A stretch of DNA of 58,352 bases, the filler included, from Thelocarpon superellum (lineage: Eukaryota), in NCBI GenBank assembly GCA_026025795.1. It is 2 parts of 2 records of this genome, joined end to end, with 100 filler letters (N's around TTAATTAATTAA, not from the genome) between each part and the next. Parts side by side here need not be neighbours in the genome. Positions count along the whole stretch, not along the records: positions 1 to 29,204 come from JAPEUG010000225.1; 1 more part is not named here. One strand, written 5' to 3'. Shown here one piece after another: positions 10,115-20,873 of this stretch; the stretch's first letter is position 1, and each line of letters starts with the position of its first letter. Under the pieces are notes generated by a model. The model worked only from the letters and a program-made list of their open reading frames with translations. It did no database searches and had not been told where the DNA came from. Both the position numbers and the translations under genes were made by a program.

Positions 10115-13100
10115 TTACAGAGGCTTCCCTCCAATAAACTCACTCCACCGACGCACTTCACCCGGGATCTCCCCCTCGTTCTTGGGCAGTTTCTCGCGCA
10201 TGCATTGCGCGAAGAGAAGGGCGGTCTGTGTTTCATTAGCCTTCATCATCCCATGCATGCCGCTCGCCAGGCCATGTGACGAGTGCACCTACCTTCGGCT
10301 CCATGAAGAGCGGAACGCCAAAATCCACCGCGTTGCGTCGCATCACGTAGTCTTCATCCAGCAGCGTCTTGCCGCGGTGGGCCGCGAGGTTGAAGACGCC
10401 GCGGATGTCGTTCTTCTCAAACACTTCTCGCAGGGCGCGTTTGTCTTCCTTGGGAAACTCGACCACCTCGACGCGGATGGGGTGCTCGGCGGTGGAGGCG
10501 CTCTCCAGATGCTGCTTCATCTGTTTGTTGGCCGCGTAGAGCCTATATCCCATAGGCGCGAGGTAGTCGACGATCTGCGCCAGCTCCGCCTTGGTCGTGT
10601 CGCCTCCGAAGAGGAGACCCTCGCCGGGCTCCGGCAGGCGGAAGTTCATCGTCGACTGCAAACTGGTCCAGTAGGCTTCCACCACGTCCTTGCCAAAGCA
10701 CGCAATCTCGCCCGTGCTCGACATCTCCACGCCGAGGAAAGGATCGGCGCCCGCGAGACGCGTCCAGGAGAATTGCGGCACCTTGGTCGCCACGTAGTCG
10801 CGCTTGATCGTCATGAGGTCCGTCGACGTCGACGGTTCCCGTCCCACCAATGCTTTGGTGGCGAGGTCGATAAAGTTGACCCCTAGCACCTTGCTCACAA
10901 AGGGGAAGGACCGCGAGGCCCGCAGATTGCATTCGATCACCTTGAGCGTCGGCTCCGCGCCGTCCGCCGACGGGGACTTGATGACCTGCATGTTGAAGGG
11001 CCCGGTAATCTGCCACGCCGTGGCTACCTTTGCGGCAATCTCCTTGAGCCGCGCCATCGTTCGCTCGTCCAGCGAGACCGGCGGCAGGATGAGCGTGGCG
11101 TCGCCCGAGTGCACCCCGGCCGCTTCGACGTGCTCGCTGACGGCGTGGGCCACTAACCTGCCCGCCGACCCGACCGCATCCACATCAATCTCCATGGCGC
11201 CTTCGATGAACTTCGTGATGACGACGGGATGGTCAGGCGAGACCGCGCTGGCGGAAATGAGCTTCTCTTGCAGCTCGTCCCGACTATGAATCACGCTCAT
11301 GGCCGCGCCCGACAGCACGTAGCTCGGCCGGACCAACACCGGATAGCTGACCTCATCCGCGAACCGTTCCGCGTCCGCCACCGACGTCAACTCCTTCCAT
11401 GCCGGTTGATCCACGCCAATGTCATCCAGAATCTGCGAGAACTTGTGTCGGTCCTCGGCCTTGTCGATATCTTTCGGATCCGTGCCCAGCACCTTGGCCT
11501 TGCCCGTCTCCTGGAGCCGCAGCGCGATGTTCTGGGGTAACTGCCCGCCCACCGACACCACCACCCCGCAGGCCGATTCGAGCTCGTAGATATCCATGAC
11601 CCGCTCATAGCTCAACTCTTCAAAGTAGAGCTTGTCGGCCGTGTCGAAGTCGGTCGAGTACGTCTCGGGGTTGTAGTTGATCATCACGGTCTTCTTGCCC
11701 ATCTCCTTCAGCGACAGCGTGCAGCTGACGGCACACCAGTCAAACTCCACCGAACTTCCGATCCGGTAGACGCCGCTCCCCAAGATCACGATGCCATGAT
11801 CGTCAAAGGTGACATCATGTGACGTGGCGTTATAGGTGGTGTACAGGTAGTTGGTGTTGGCCGGAAACTCGGCGGCCAGGGTATCGATCTTCTTGACGTA
11901 CGGCGTCACGCCGAAGCCTTTTCGTCGGGCTCGCACTTCGTCCTCCGTACTCCCGACGCATTTGGCAATCTGCGCGTCGGAAAAGCCCATCTTTTTGGCC
12001 TTGCTAAGGAGCTCCTTCTTGAGACCGAACAGGCTGCCCATGTCCTCCAGCTCATGGTGCAGGTCGACAATATTCTGAAGCTTGTAGAGAAACCACTTGT
12101 CGATCTTGGTCAGTTCATGCACCCGGTCGACCGTGTAGTTTTCGTGCAGGAGGGCTTGGCCAACGGCGAGCCATCGACGGTCGCTGGGGTTCCTCAGCGC
12201 ATCATCGAGGTCGTCAAACTTGTCGCCTTGGAAGCCCAGGTAACGAGGATCGACTTGTCGGATGGCCTTCTGGATGGACTCCTCAAACGTGCGTCCAATG
12301 GCCATGACCTCGCCGACGGACTTCATCGAGCTACCAATGTCCCGCTTGACATGCTGAAACTTGCTCAGATCCCATCGAGGGATCTTGGTGACGACGTAGT
12401 CCAGGCTGGGCTCGAAGTTGGCCGTGGTGGTCTTGGTGACGGCGTTGGGCAGCTCGGGCAAGGTGTGTCCCAGCCCGATCTTGGCGGCGGTGTAGGCCAA
12501 GGGATAGCCTGTGGCCTTGGAGGCCAAGGCGGACGAACGTGAGAGACGAGCGTTGACCTCGATGACACGGTAGTCCAGACCATCGGGTTGCAGAGCATAC
12601 TGCACGTTGCACTCGCCGACGACGCCCAGATGTCGCACGATCTTGATGGCGGCGGTGCGCAGCATGTGGTACTCCTCGTCGCTCAAGGTCTGACTCGGCG
12701 CCACGACGATGCTGTCGCCGGTATGGATGCCCAAGGGATCAAAGTTCTCCATGTTGCACACCGTGATACAATTGTTGCTGGCGTCCCGAACCACCTCGTA
12801 CTCGACCTCCTTCCACCCCTTCAAGGATTTCTCCACCAGCAGTTGCGGCGAGAGGGTGAGCGAGCGGGACGAGAGGTTCTTGAGCTCCTCCTCGTTGTTG
12901 GCAAAACCCGAACCCAGACCACCGAGCGCGTAGGCGGAGCGGACGATGATGGGGTAGCCAATCTTGGCGGCCGCATCCAGGGCTTCATCGACGGTGCCGA
13001 CGGCCATCGACTCGGCGATGGGAATGTCAATCTCTGTCTCGCGTCAGTCCGAGGTCCATGGCCCGCTCCTCCACGCACACATACCGTTCAAAGCCTTGGC

Positions 13101-13807
13101 AAAGAGATCCCGATCTTCACTGGTCTCCAAGGTCTTGATGCTGGTGCCCAACACTTTGACGCCATATCGCTCAAAGATGCCCATCCGCTCCATCTTGACG
13201 CCCAGGTTGAGGGCGGTCTGACCGCCAAAGGTCAGCAAGATGCCGTCGGGCCGCTCGCGCTCTATCACATACGTGACGTACTCGGGCGTCACGGGGAGGT
13301 AATAGACTTCATCGGCAAGGACGTGGGAGGTTTGGATGGTGGCGATGTTGGGGTTGATCAAGACGGAGGCGGTGTTGGCTTCTTTGAGGGCCTTCAACGC
13401 TTGCGAGCCTGTGTGGGGTGGACGTCAGTCATGACCCGGCCCAGGACAGCGGGACGTATCGCACCTGAGTAGTCAAACTCCCCCGCCTGTCCGATGCTCA
13501 ATCCGCCGCTTCCGATGACGAGGACTTTCTTGACGTCTACTAGATTCTGTCCTCCCGCCAGCACCCCACTCGATAGATAGGCCTGGGCATTTGGCGCTTC
13601 TTGCCCCGTCGTGGCGTGGGACTGTGACGAGGAGAAGGTTCGCGTGGGCTGCCATGCTCCTTTTCGCTGGTGATGTGGGATGGGCAGAGAGCGAGTTGAT
13701 GCGGTTGTGCCGGACCATTGTCGCTTGACGGTCGAGGTGTAGCATCGAGGGCGAAGGGTCCGTCGCGAGAGGGCGCAGGCGTGAGCTCTCAAGCTCGGCG
13801 TGGCCAT
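10115..13807 (-). CDS. CPA2: Carbamoyl-phosphate synthase, arginine-specific, large chain (mitochondrial presequence)
   Basis: [23 protein letters not shown], two ATP-grasp folds ([17 protein letters not shown]) and an MGS-like domain. R/S-rich N-terminal leader. Last intron is 10226-10292; the terminal exon TALLFAQC...GKPL ends with TAA at 10115. Confidence 0.97.
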
Positions 13808-14414
13808 TTGGAGGGTTTGCGGGGTGAGGGGCACTCCGCCGTGCGTGGGTGTCCTCAGAGGCGTGTGATCATGGAGGTGGGGTGGTCAGGCCTTCACGAG
13901 TCGATCTTACGGACGATTGTCAAGGAGCGAATTGTCATTACATGGCACAGAATGGAGCGGATTGATCAATTGTACGCCTGGAAAGTTGGGGATGCTGGGG
14001 TGCAATCGGTCGTGTGCATGACTCGACGGGCAAGCTAATTTTCTTTCCGAATCGTTGGAGACGTTTTTGGCGGCGCTGGGCGGTGACGGGTGACGGGCGG
14101 TAGCCCGTGGCCGGTGGGTGGGAAGGGTTGAGTTCGTTAGCTATTCCGGTACCGGACTGGACCCAGCCGCAACAGCTCCAGCTCTGCCAACTTACCACCT
14201 TGAGTGCAGGTGTCGATAAGGGAAAAGTTTAGTCGGCCTCTGGTCCTTCGTCCATTGGCTTGGGTAGCGGGGGCGGTGAGCAGGATCGTCCGCGGATCAC
14301 CTCATCTGCCGCTACTCGCGCAATGAACCTTCAACACCAGCTGGACAGCCGCAAGTACCCACGTCGTCATACTCCAGACTGTAGGTTGGAGCCGCACGAT
14401 TCCATCACCACATC

Positions 14415-14463
14415 CAAGCTGCAAGCTGCAAGCTGCAAGCTGCAAGCTGCAAGCTGTAAGCTG
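14415..14463. repeat. 7-bp tandem repeat (CAAGCTG)x7
   Basis: Directly visible, with one mismatch in the last copy. Lies just beyond the stop codon of the 14524-16191 gene. Confidence 0.9.
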
Positions 14464-14523
14464 TGTGGACACATCTTTCAACTCGAGTCCACAAGCATAC
14501 AGCCTACAGAATACAAGATCTCG

Positions 14524-16191
14524 CTATCGCACCTCCAGGTTCCCATCCATCATCTGCCACAGCCCACGTGCGACCGCTTTCTTTCGCTTGCTCTTTCCGT
14601 CATGGCTATGGCTGCGCTTCGTCTGGTGCCGTGGTTTCCGTGGGACATCCTCGGTCCAGATGTCCTCCTGCCTTCCGCCTTCCACGCCCCGCTGTATACT
14701 GCGCTCACTTTCGTCCGGGCCCGCGCCAAGAAGGGTGCGTACTTCCTCCAGGAGCATTGTAGTATGAGCTAAGCTGGCCTCCCCAACGGCTAATCGATCT
14801 TCCACCGCTTCGTGGCTGGCCGTACGAGCGGCTTGGGCCGCGAACGCCCACCCCTCGGCTTTGCTCACGACATCCGACTTCTGCTCGGCGGGGTTCCGCG
14901 ATGAGCCCGGGAACGACCGTGCGGAGATGGCTGCGGCGGCATGCTTGAACCGCGGCTCATTCGCCAAGAACGGATAGGCCGGCAAGAGATGGCTCTCGTG
15001 CGCCAAACGATCCAGGGTGCGCCGAGAGTCTTGCTGTCGCCGTCCGAGGGCCATCGCGAGGTGAGCCTTCTGTTCGAGGACCGCCGCGCGTTGTCGAGAG
15101 AGGGGGAGCAGGTGCGTCGTCAACGACTGGAGCGCCACATGCGCCGTCGCATCCGTCGCGCGGGGAGACTCCTCCTTGCGGACCGTCTTGGTTGGCGACC
15201 CGGGCGCGCTCGTCGGTCCATCAAGGAAAGCTCTGCACATCTCCACCGACGAGACTTCGTTCAGGAGAGACGTGCGAGCGACGAGGTAGTCCTCGTACCG
15301 TTTTCGGACGGCGTGAATGGCGGCGTAATGGTCGAATGATGGAGTAGACACATCCTCTCCCTCCGATGGCGGCTCCGACTGGTCGTTGGCCTTCCCCAGC
15401 TCTTCTTCAACCCACTGAACGAGGCCATCTCGCGTGCGTGCGAGTGCAAGCATCCGGGCCGCTGGGTCGTCCTCGGTGTCGTCTCTGCCTTCCTCACCAT
15501 GCCTATGCCGCATGGACTCGATCCTGGCCATCTGCGCCTTCTCATGCTCCAAGGCGTGTCGGGCGCGGAGCACCGCCATCTTCAGCTGTTTCATTCGAGC
15601 ATTCACCTCGTCCATCTCCCCAGACGCCGGGCCGAGATTTTGGACGACCCTGTGGTCGGCCACATCGGCCGGGTCGGGCCGTGTAGGCAAATCCTTGCTC
15701 ATCTCCGCCACATCCAAGAAGTCGGGCTGAGCAGGCGCCTTCCGCGAGAGGGTCTCCTGGAAGTCCTGCAGCGACTGCATCTTCTCATACTTTTGTCGTT
15801 GTCGTAACAGCGTGAGATAGGCCTGCAGCATCTCCGTGGCGTCGTCTTGGGTGCCCCCATCACGCTTCATCGGCCAGGTAGGGTCTTCGCTCGAGGCCCG
15901 TGGCCGCGCGGCCAAGGCGTCATACTGTCGTTGTGCGGCGCTTTGACGCTGCAATGCCTCCAGGTACTCTCGTCGGAGCCCTGACAGTTCGCGAGGAATC
16001 TGTCGCACCGTCACGTTCTCCGCGTGGGGAAGTATGCACGATCCACCGTCGGTCTCATCGCCCTCCGGTCGCTGCAGCTGGCGATTTAGGTAGACGGTGA
16101 GGACACGCCGAATACGCAGGGTATCGTGCCGGCTTTGGACATAGGGTGCTAGACGGTCCTGCACCTCCGGCAACGGAAAATCCGCCTCCAT
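14524..16191 (-). CDS. Hypothetical coiled-coil protein, 555 aa, intronless
   Basis: Long ATG-initiated ORF with helical heptad-like segments (LAPYVQSRHDTLRIRRVL, GLRREYLEAL, LDRLAHESHLLP). Function not recognised. Confidence 0.8.
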   Translation of the reverse strand: MEADFPLPEVQDRLAPYVQSRHDTLRIRRVLTVYLNRQLQRPEGDETDGGSCILPHAENVTVRQIPRELSGLRREYLEALQRQSAAQRQYDALAARPRASSEDPTWPMKRDGGTQDDATEMLQAYLTLLRQRQKYEKMQSLQDFQETLSRKAPAQPDFLDVAEMSKDLPTRPDPADVADHRVVQNLGPASGEMDEVNARMKQLKMAVLRARHALEHEKAQMARIESMRHRHGEEGRDDTEDDPAARMLALARTRDGLVQWVEEELGKANDQSEPPSEGEDVSTPSFDHYAAIHAVRKRYEDYLVARTSLLNEVSSVEMCRAFLDGPTSAPGSPTKTVRKEESPRATDATAHVALQSLTTHLLPLSRQRAAVLEQKAHLAMALGRRQQDSRRTLDRLAHESHLLPAYPFLANEPRFKHAAAAISARSFPGSSRNPAEQKSDVVSKAEGWAFAAQAARTASHEAVEDRLAVGEASLAHTTMLLEEVRTLLGAGPDESERSIQRGVEGGRQEDIWTEDVPRKPRHQTKRSHSHDGKSKRKKAVARGLWQMMDGNLEVR

Positions 16192-16637
16192 GGTGGGTGC
16201 CCATGTCTTTGCGTCTCAATTGGCCGTTTGGTTGGGGTCTGTTGTCGGATGTGTAAGGCGTGGACGAATGACACCAACTTTCGACGGCGTAGCCAAATTC
16301 CAGCACAAGCAAACTGCCTGACCGCCTCGTCTCTTCCTATGTGATGGGGTGGATCCGGGGTCCTGCGATGGCGAGTCGAGCGAGTACTCGTCCTGGTAAG
16401 CCGTTCGGTGTAGCCTGCGGCTCGGCCGAGTAGTATGTTAGAATAACATACTCGTGCTCCGACTCGTAAGCCACTCGCTCGTCGCGCTTCGTTAATTGCC
16501 CACGTTACCACGTCCAGCGAGTCCCACCTCGCGCGCGCGCTTCTGTGTAGACGGTCTCGCATGATGTCGATGGTCTCGTCAATTGTCATGGAACAAGCGT
16601 AAGATCTCACCCCGCCAACTGAGCTGTGAGGTAGAGC

Positions 16638-17959
16638 ATGGCCAGTTTCTTCGACAACAAAGCTCGTGCCGCCGCGGCTGCCACCAACGGCGGTTCGTCT
16701 TCCACGACCGCCCCGCCCAAGGACGATCACCGGCTGCAGCCATGGGTGGAGAAATAGTAGGACCTCGCGAACCTAGTTCTGGTATTTCTTCGCTCACCTC
16801 CGCAGTCGTCCCAAGAGTCTGAAAGATGTCACCGCGCAAGACCACACGGTCACGGTGTTGGAACGGACGCTTCAAGCCAGCAACGTGCGAAACTTCCCGC
16901 CGATGTGGATGGCCATGGGACTGACGGGGCCATAGCTCCCCCATATGCTGTTCTACGGTCCTCCCGGCACCGGAAAGACCTCGACCATTCTCGCGCTTGC
17001 CAAAGAGCTCTACGGACCGGAGCTCTTCAAGACGCGCGTGCTCGAGCTCAATGCCTCCGACGAACGAGGCATCTCCATCGTGCGGGAGAAGGTCAAGGAC
17101 TTTGCGCGCATGCAGCTGTCCAACCCGCCGGCCACCTACCGCGAGCGATATCCCTGTCCGCCCTTCAAGATCATCATCCTCGATGAAGCCGACTCGATGA
17201 CGCAAGATGCGCAGAGCGCGCTCCGTCGCACCATGGAGACCTACTCCAAGATCACGCGCTTCTGCCTCGTGTGCAACTACGTGACGAGGATCATCGATCC
17301 TCTCGCGAGCCGCTGCAGCAAGTTTCGCTTCAAGAGCCTCGATCAAGGCAACGCGACGCGGCGGCTCGAGGAGATTGCGCAGAAGGAAGGGGTGCGGATG
17401 GAGCGTGGGGTGGTGGAGACGCTGATCAAGTGCAGTGAGGGCGATCTGCGGAAAGCCATCACCTTCCTTCAGAGTGGGGCACGACTGGCGGGGGCCATTC
17501 CACAGGGGTCGAGCAACGGGCACGATGATGCCGAGGATGCCATGGACGTCGACCACGCCGCCCGATCGGCCGTGACGGTCCAGAGCATCGAGGAGATTGC
17601 CGGCGTCATCCCGGACACGACGATCCAGCAGCTCGTAGAGGCCATGCGACCGCGACGGAAGGGTGGTGTGTACGATGCCGTCGCCAGCGTGGTCACGGAG
17701 ATGGTGGCGGACGGGTGGAGTGCGACGCAGGTCGTGAGCCAAGTAGGTGTTGCCCCAACCGCGTGCGTCCGGATGACTGCTGACCGCGCCCTAGCTCTAC
17801 CAAGAGATTGTCTTTGACGACACGATCCCGGACCAGCAGAAGAATAAGGTGGTCATGGTCTTTTCAGAGGTGGACAAGCGGCTGGTGGACGGGGCCGACG
17901 AGCATCTCGAGATTCTAGATCTAGCACTCCGCATCTCGGGCATCCTCGCACAAAAATGA
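16638..17959 (+). CDS. RFC2: Replication factor C small subunit 2 (clamp loader)
   Basis: PWVEKYRPK, Walker [25 protein letters not shown] and the SRC motif. Three introns; ends ...[14 protein letters not shown]. Confidence 0.95.
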
Positions 17960-18121
17960 AGATGATGGAGATGGCGCACTTGAGCCGCTCGATTCTTCGC
18001 AACGCACGTGTGAACATGATCGAGCGAGCTGGTTGTAGTGTGACTAAAATACGCTGGCTTAATGATGATCGTCGCGCCCCATAGAAGTCGGCAAAAAGTG
18101 CGCGACGGGGATGACGAGGAT

Positions 18122-18160
18122 GTGGTGGTGGTGGCGGTGGCGGTGGCGGTGGCGGCGGCA
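18122..18160. repeat. GTG/GTGGCG microsatellite
   Basis: (GTG)3(GTGGCG)4 is directly visible. Confidence 0.8.
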
Positions 18161-19408
18161 GCCAAAGATGGGAAGTACTACACCAGACTCGGTCAATTGC
18201 TGCATGGGAGTTGGTCGAAAAGCAAGAAAACGGGGCGGGTATATAGGAACAACAAGAGCGTTTTGTTTTCGTGGGTCCCTGGCGGTGCGGTTATAGATGA
18301 ACATGGACCTCCGGGCATGAAGTAGTCGACCAACCAACCGGAACTTGAGAATACTCCTTGATTAGTTCGGTGACTCAGTTCAACTACCAGGCTAAGAACT
18401 CCCACGCCCCGAGTTGCGAGTTCGAAACCCCAGGAGAACCGGGATGTCGGGTATGCCACGCCAGGCACTCCGGTCTCACCTGTGGGTCCCTGGTTCCCGC
18501 TGACTCGACGATCACAGTGAGCTCGACCCTCACGCGGTGCAAGCATAGCAGCGCATCATGTGATATGTAAACAACCAATCTGAAGCGCTTGCGCGGATGG
18601 GAGGGAGTTTCAATAGACCGGGGTGAGGGAGCATGTTCGCTCCCTTACCTGGTCGAAGCTTTTGCCTTTTGCCGTGCTGGACCGTAGACTGGGGACGCAT
18701 TTTTTTGGGCGTCCAGTACTTCTCCCGAGCTGTACTGTTCGTATGGAACGACTCGGTCAGGCATGCAGAGCGTGTAGCATCATCGTCGAGGAATGATTGT
18801 GGTCTATTGGGGGAGTCCTGGGTGCAGCCGCCACGAGTTGTACTCGGTGATGCCCTCGCGATGTTGACATGTCGTCTATCCCGGTGTTGACTCCCCACGA
18901 CGTCTTACGTCATCCGATCTGCACGAAAACTGCAAGTTGCACCGAACCTCACCCGCCTCACTCCACAACCAATCCATCCCATCTCCAGTAGCCATGAGTC
19001 CAACCGCACCGCACCGCACCGAGCAAGAGAGCCCAAGCTTTCTTGTCGACATGGTGATACTTCGCTAGGTCCGAAATAGCTTGACAGGACGTTGCGCACG
19101 CTTGTAAGCGAGTTCGACGTCCCGCCGAACTCCTTTCTCCCGTTCATGCTGCACGATGCCGCAGCGTGCATTCGCGGCTGTCGCTAAGCCCACGCGCTGT
19201 TCCCACACGTAACCCCCACCCACGCATGCATGCCCGCGCCCGCACCCCAATTGCAGCAACCCGGAAAAAATCCACACCTAGCTGCAGAGCACCCAGGATC
19301 AAGTGGAAACCGTTTCCTACCTGCCAAAAGCCGCCCCGACGTCGCCCACGCCCTGACTGCCCGGTCGAAGTGGAAAAAAGTTCGTGCCACACCAGACTCA
19401 GCAAAAGC

Positions 19409-19531
19409 TGTATCCGGCGGGACTTGAACCCGCGACCTCCGCATCACTTTCAAAGAGGTAATATCATATCAGCCCGCGTTTGAACGCAGATTCATATAAG
19501 AACGGCACGCTAACCACTGCGTCACGGATAC
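19409..19531 (-). tRNA. tRNA-Ile(UAU) with a 50-nt intron (19445-19494)
   Basis: Minus strand has acceptor stem GTATCCG/CGGATAC plus discriminator A, and D arm ACGC-AGTGGTTA-GCGT. Anticodon TAT is at 19498-19496 with the intron after A37. T arm is GCGGG-TTCAAGT-CCCGC. A TTTT terminator follows at 19406-19403. Confidence 0.93.
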
Positions 19532-19681
19532 AGATATCAGTGAAATTTTCCTTAATTCTGTAGCTCAATCTACTTTCCGTATTGGAGTCGGCGACGACGC
19601 TGCTGGAGCGTGGCGAGCTATATCCTCCGCCCACGTAGCCCCGCCTGTGAGTGCTTTGTCTGCCTCGTCCAATTGCCCGAC

Positions 19682-20825
19682 ATGGCGGGGGAGGCGGAAG
19701 AAGAGCAAGACGACGACTACATGAACATGGCGATCGAAGAGCCAGCAAAGCCACGAGAGAAAGAAACCTATACGCAGCGACGACTGCGGAAAGAGCGTGA
19801 AGTACGAGCATACGCCCTCTATCCCACGAGACGCACCCGTCTCCACGTCGCTTTTGAAGGCTGACGATGGTGTCTAGGCGGAGCAGAAACGGCCCAAGTC
19901 GCGCGCCGAGCTCGCCGCAGCAGCGGCAGCCGCACAAGCCGCGGCGCTGGCCAAACCCCTCCACGCCGCCGCGCCCAACTCCAAGGGGCTTAAGATGATG
20001 AAAGCCATGGGATTTCAGGCGGGCGACGTACTCGGCAAGAAGCGCGACGACGCGGATGCCCGGGCGGAGCCCCTCGGCGTGGAGATGAAGGAAGGGCGGG
20101 GCGGCATCGGACTCGACAGCGAGCGGAAGCGCAAGATCCGCGAAGAGTGGGAGGCCGAGACGAAGCGCGTCAAGGCGGACGAGGGAGACTTTCGCGAGCG
20201 GGTGCGCCGCGAGCGGGAGGAGAGACGGGCAGAGGGCTTGCTTGTCGCTGCGCAGAAGGTCGCCGAGGGGCTGGACGGAGACGAGGCGGGGGCCCACGCG
20301 CCGGACGCGAAGGGCGGACCGCACGGGGAGTCGAAAGGGGACGGAGGCGGAGAAGATGATGAGGTCGAGGACGAATCGGCATTTCCGACTCCAGCTTCGA
20401 TGGCGCAGAAGAACAAGGTCCACAAACCGCTCAGGAGTATTCCGGTGCTGTGGCGGGGTCTGGTCCGAGAGCGGGAGGAGAGAGAACGCGAGCGACGCCG
20501 ACGCTACGACCTGCACCAGAGCCTCTCACGCCTGCCCACGTACGAAGAGAATGACGACGACGCGGACGCGGACGATCGACGCGCCGCGGGACGAGACGAG
20601 GAGGGCAAGGTGCGAGGAGATGCGCGGCACGAGATCCTCGAGGAGGAGCTCGAGGTGGACGATCCCGAGCTGGAGGACTTCCAGGCCCTCGGCCCCGTCG
20701 AGAGACTGCAGCTCGTCGTGCACTATCTGCGCGCGAGGTGGCACTACTGCTTCTGGTGCAAGTACCGCTACGATGACGACGCCATGGAAGGCTGTCCTGG
20801 CTTGACGGAGGATGATCATGATTAA
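19682..20825 (+). CDS. G-patch domain protein with C-terminal DUF4187 (GPATCH11/Cmg1-like)
   Basis: N-terminal DDDYMNM, G-patch SKGLKMMKAMGFQAGDVLG...GRGGIG, C-terminal YLRARWHYCFWCKYRY...CPGLTEDDHD. One intron at about 19802-19877. Confidence 0.9.
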
Positions 20826-20873
20826 AGGACCATAGCAGGTCCTTCTAGACTACCGCCATGACGATGAGTGTGA

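Noticed and set aside
10053..13472. Long antisense ORFs over CPA2 (and similar ones over RFC2, PPS1 and ALG2)
   Set aside because: Shadow ORFs caused by GC-rich codon bias, with no protein-like motifs.
18655..18710. U5 snRNA (GCCTTTT loop plus Sm-like ATTTTTTTGG)
   Set aside because: The loop reads GCCTTTTGC rather than GCCTTTTAY and has no closing stem.
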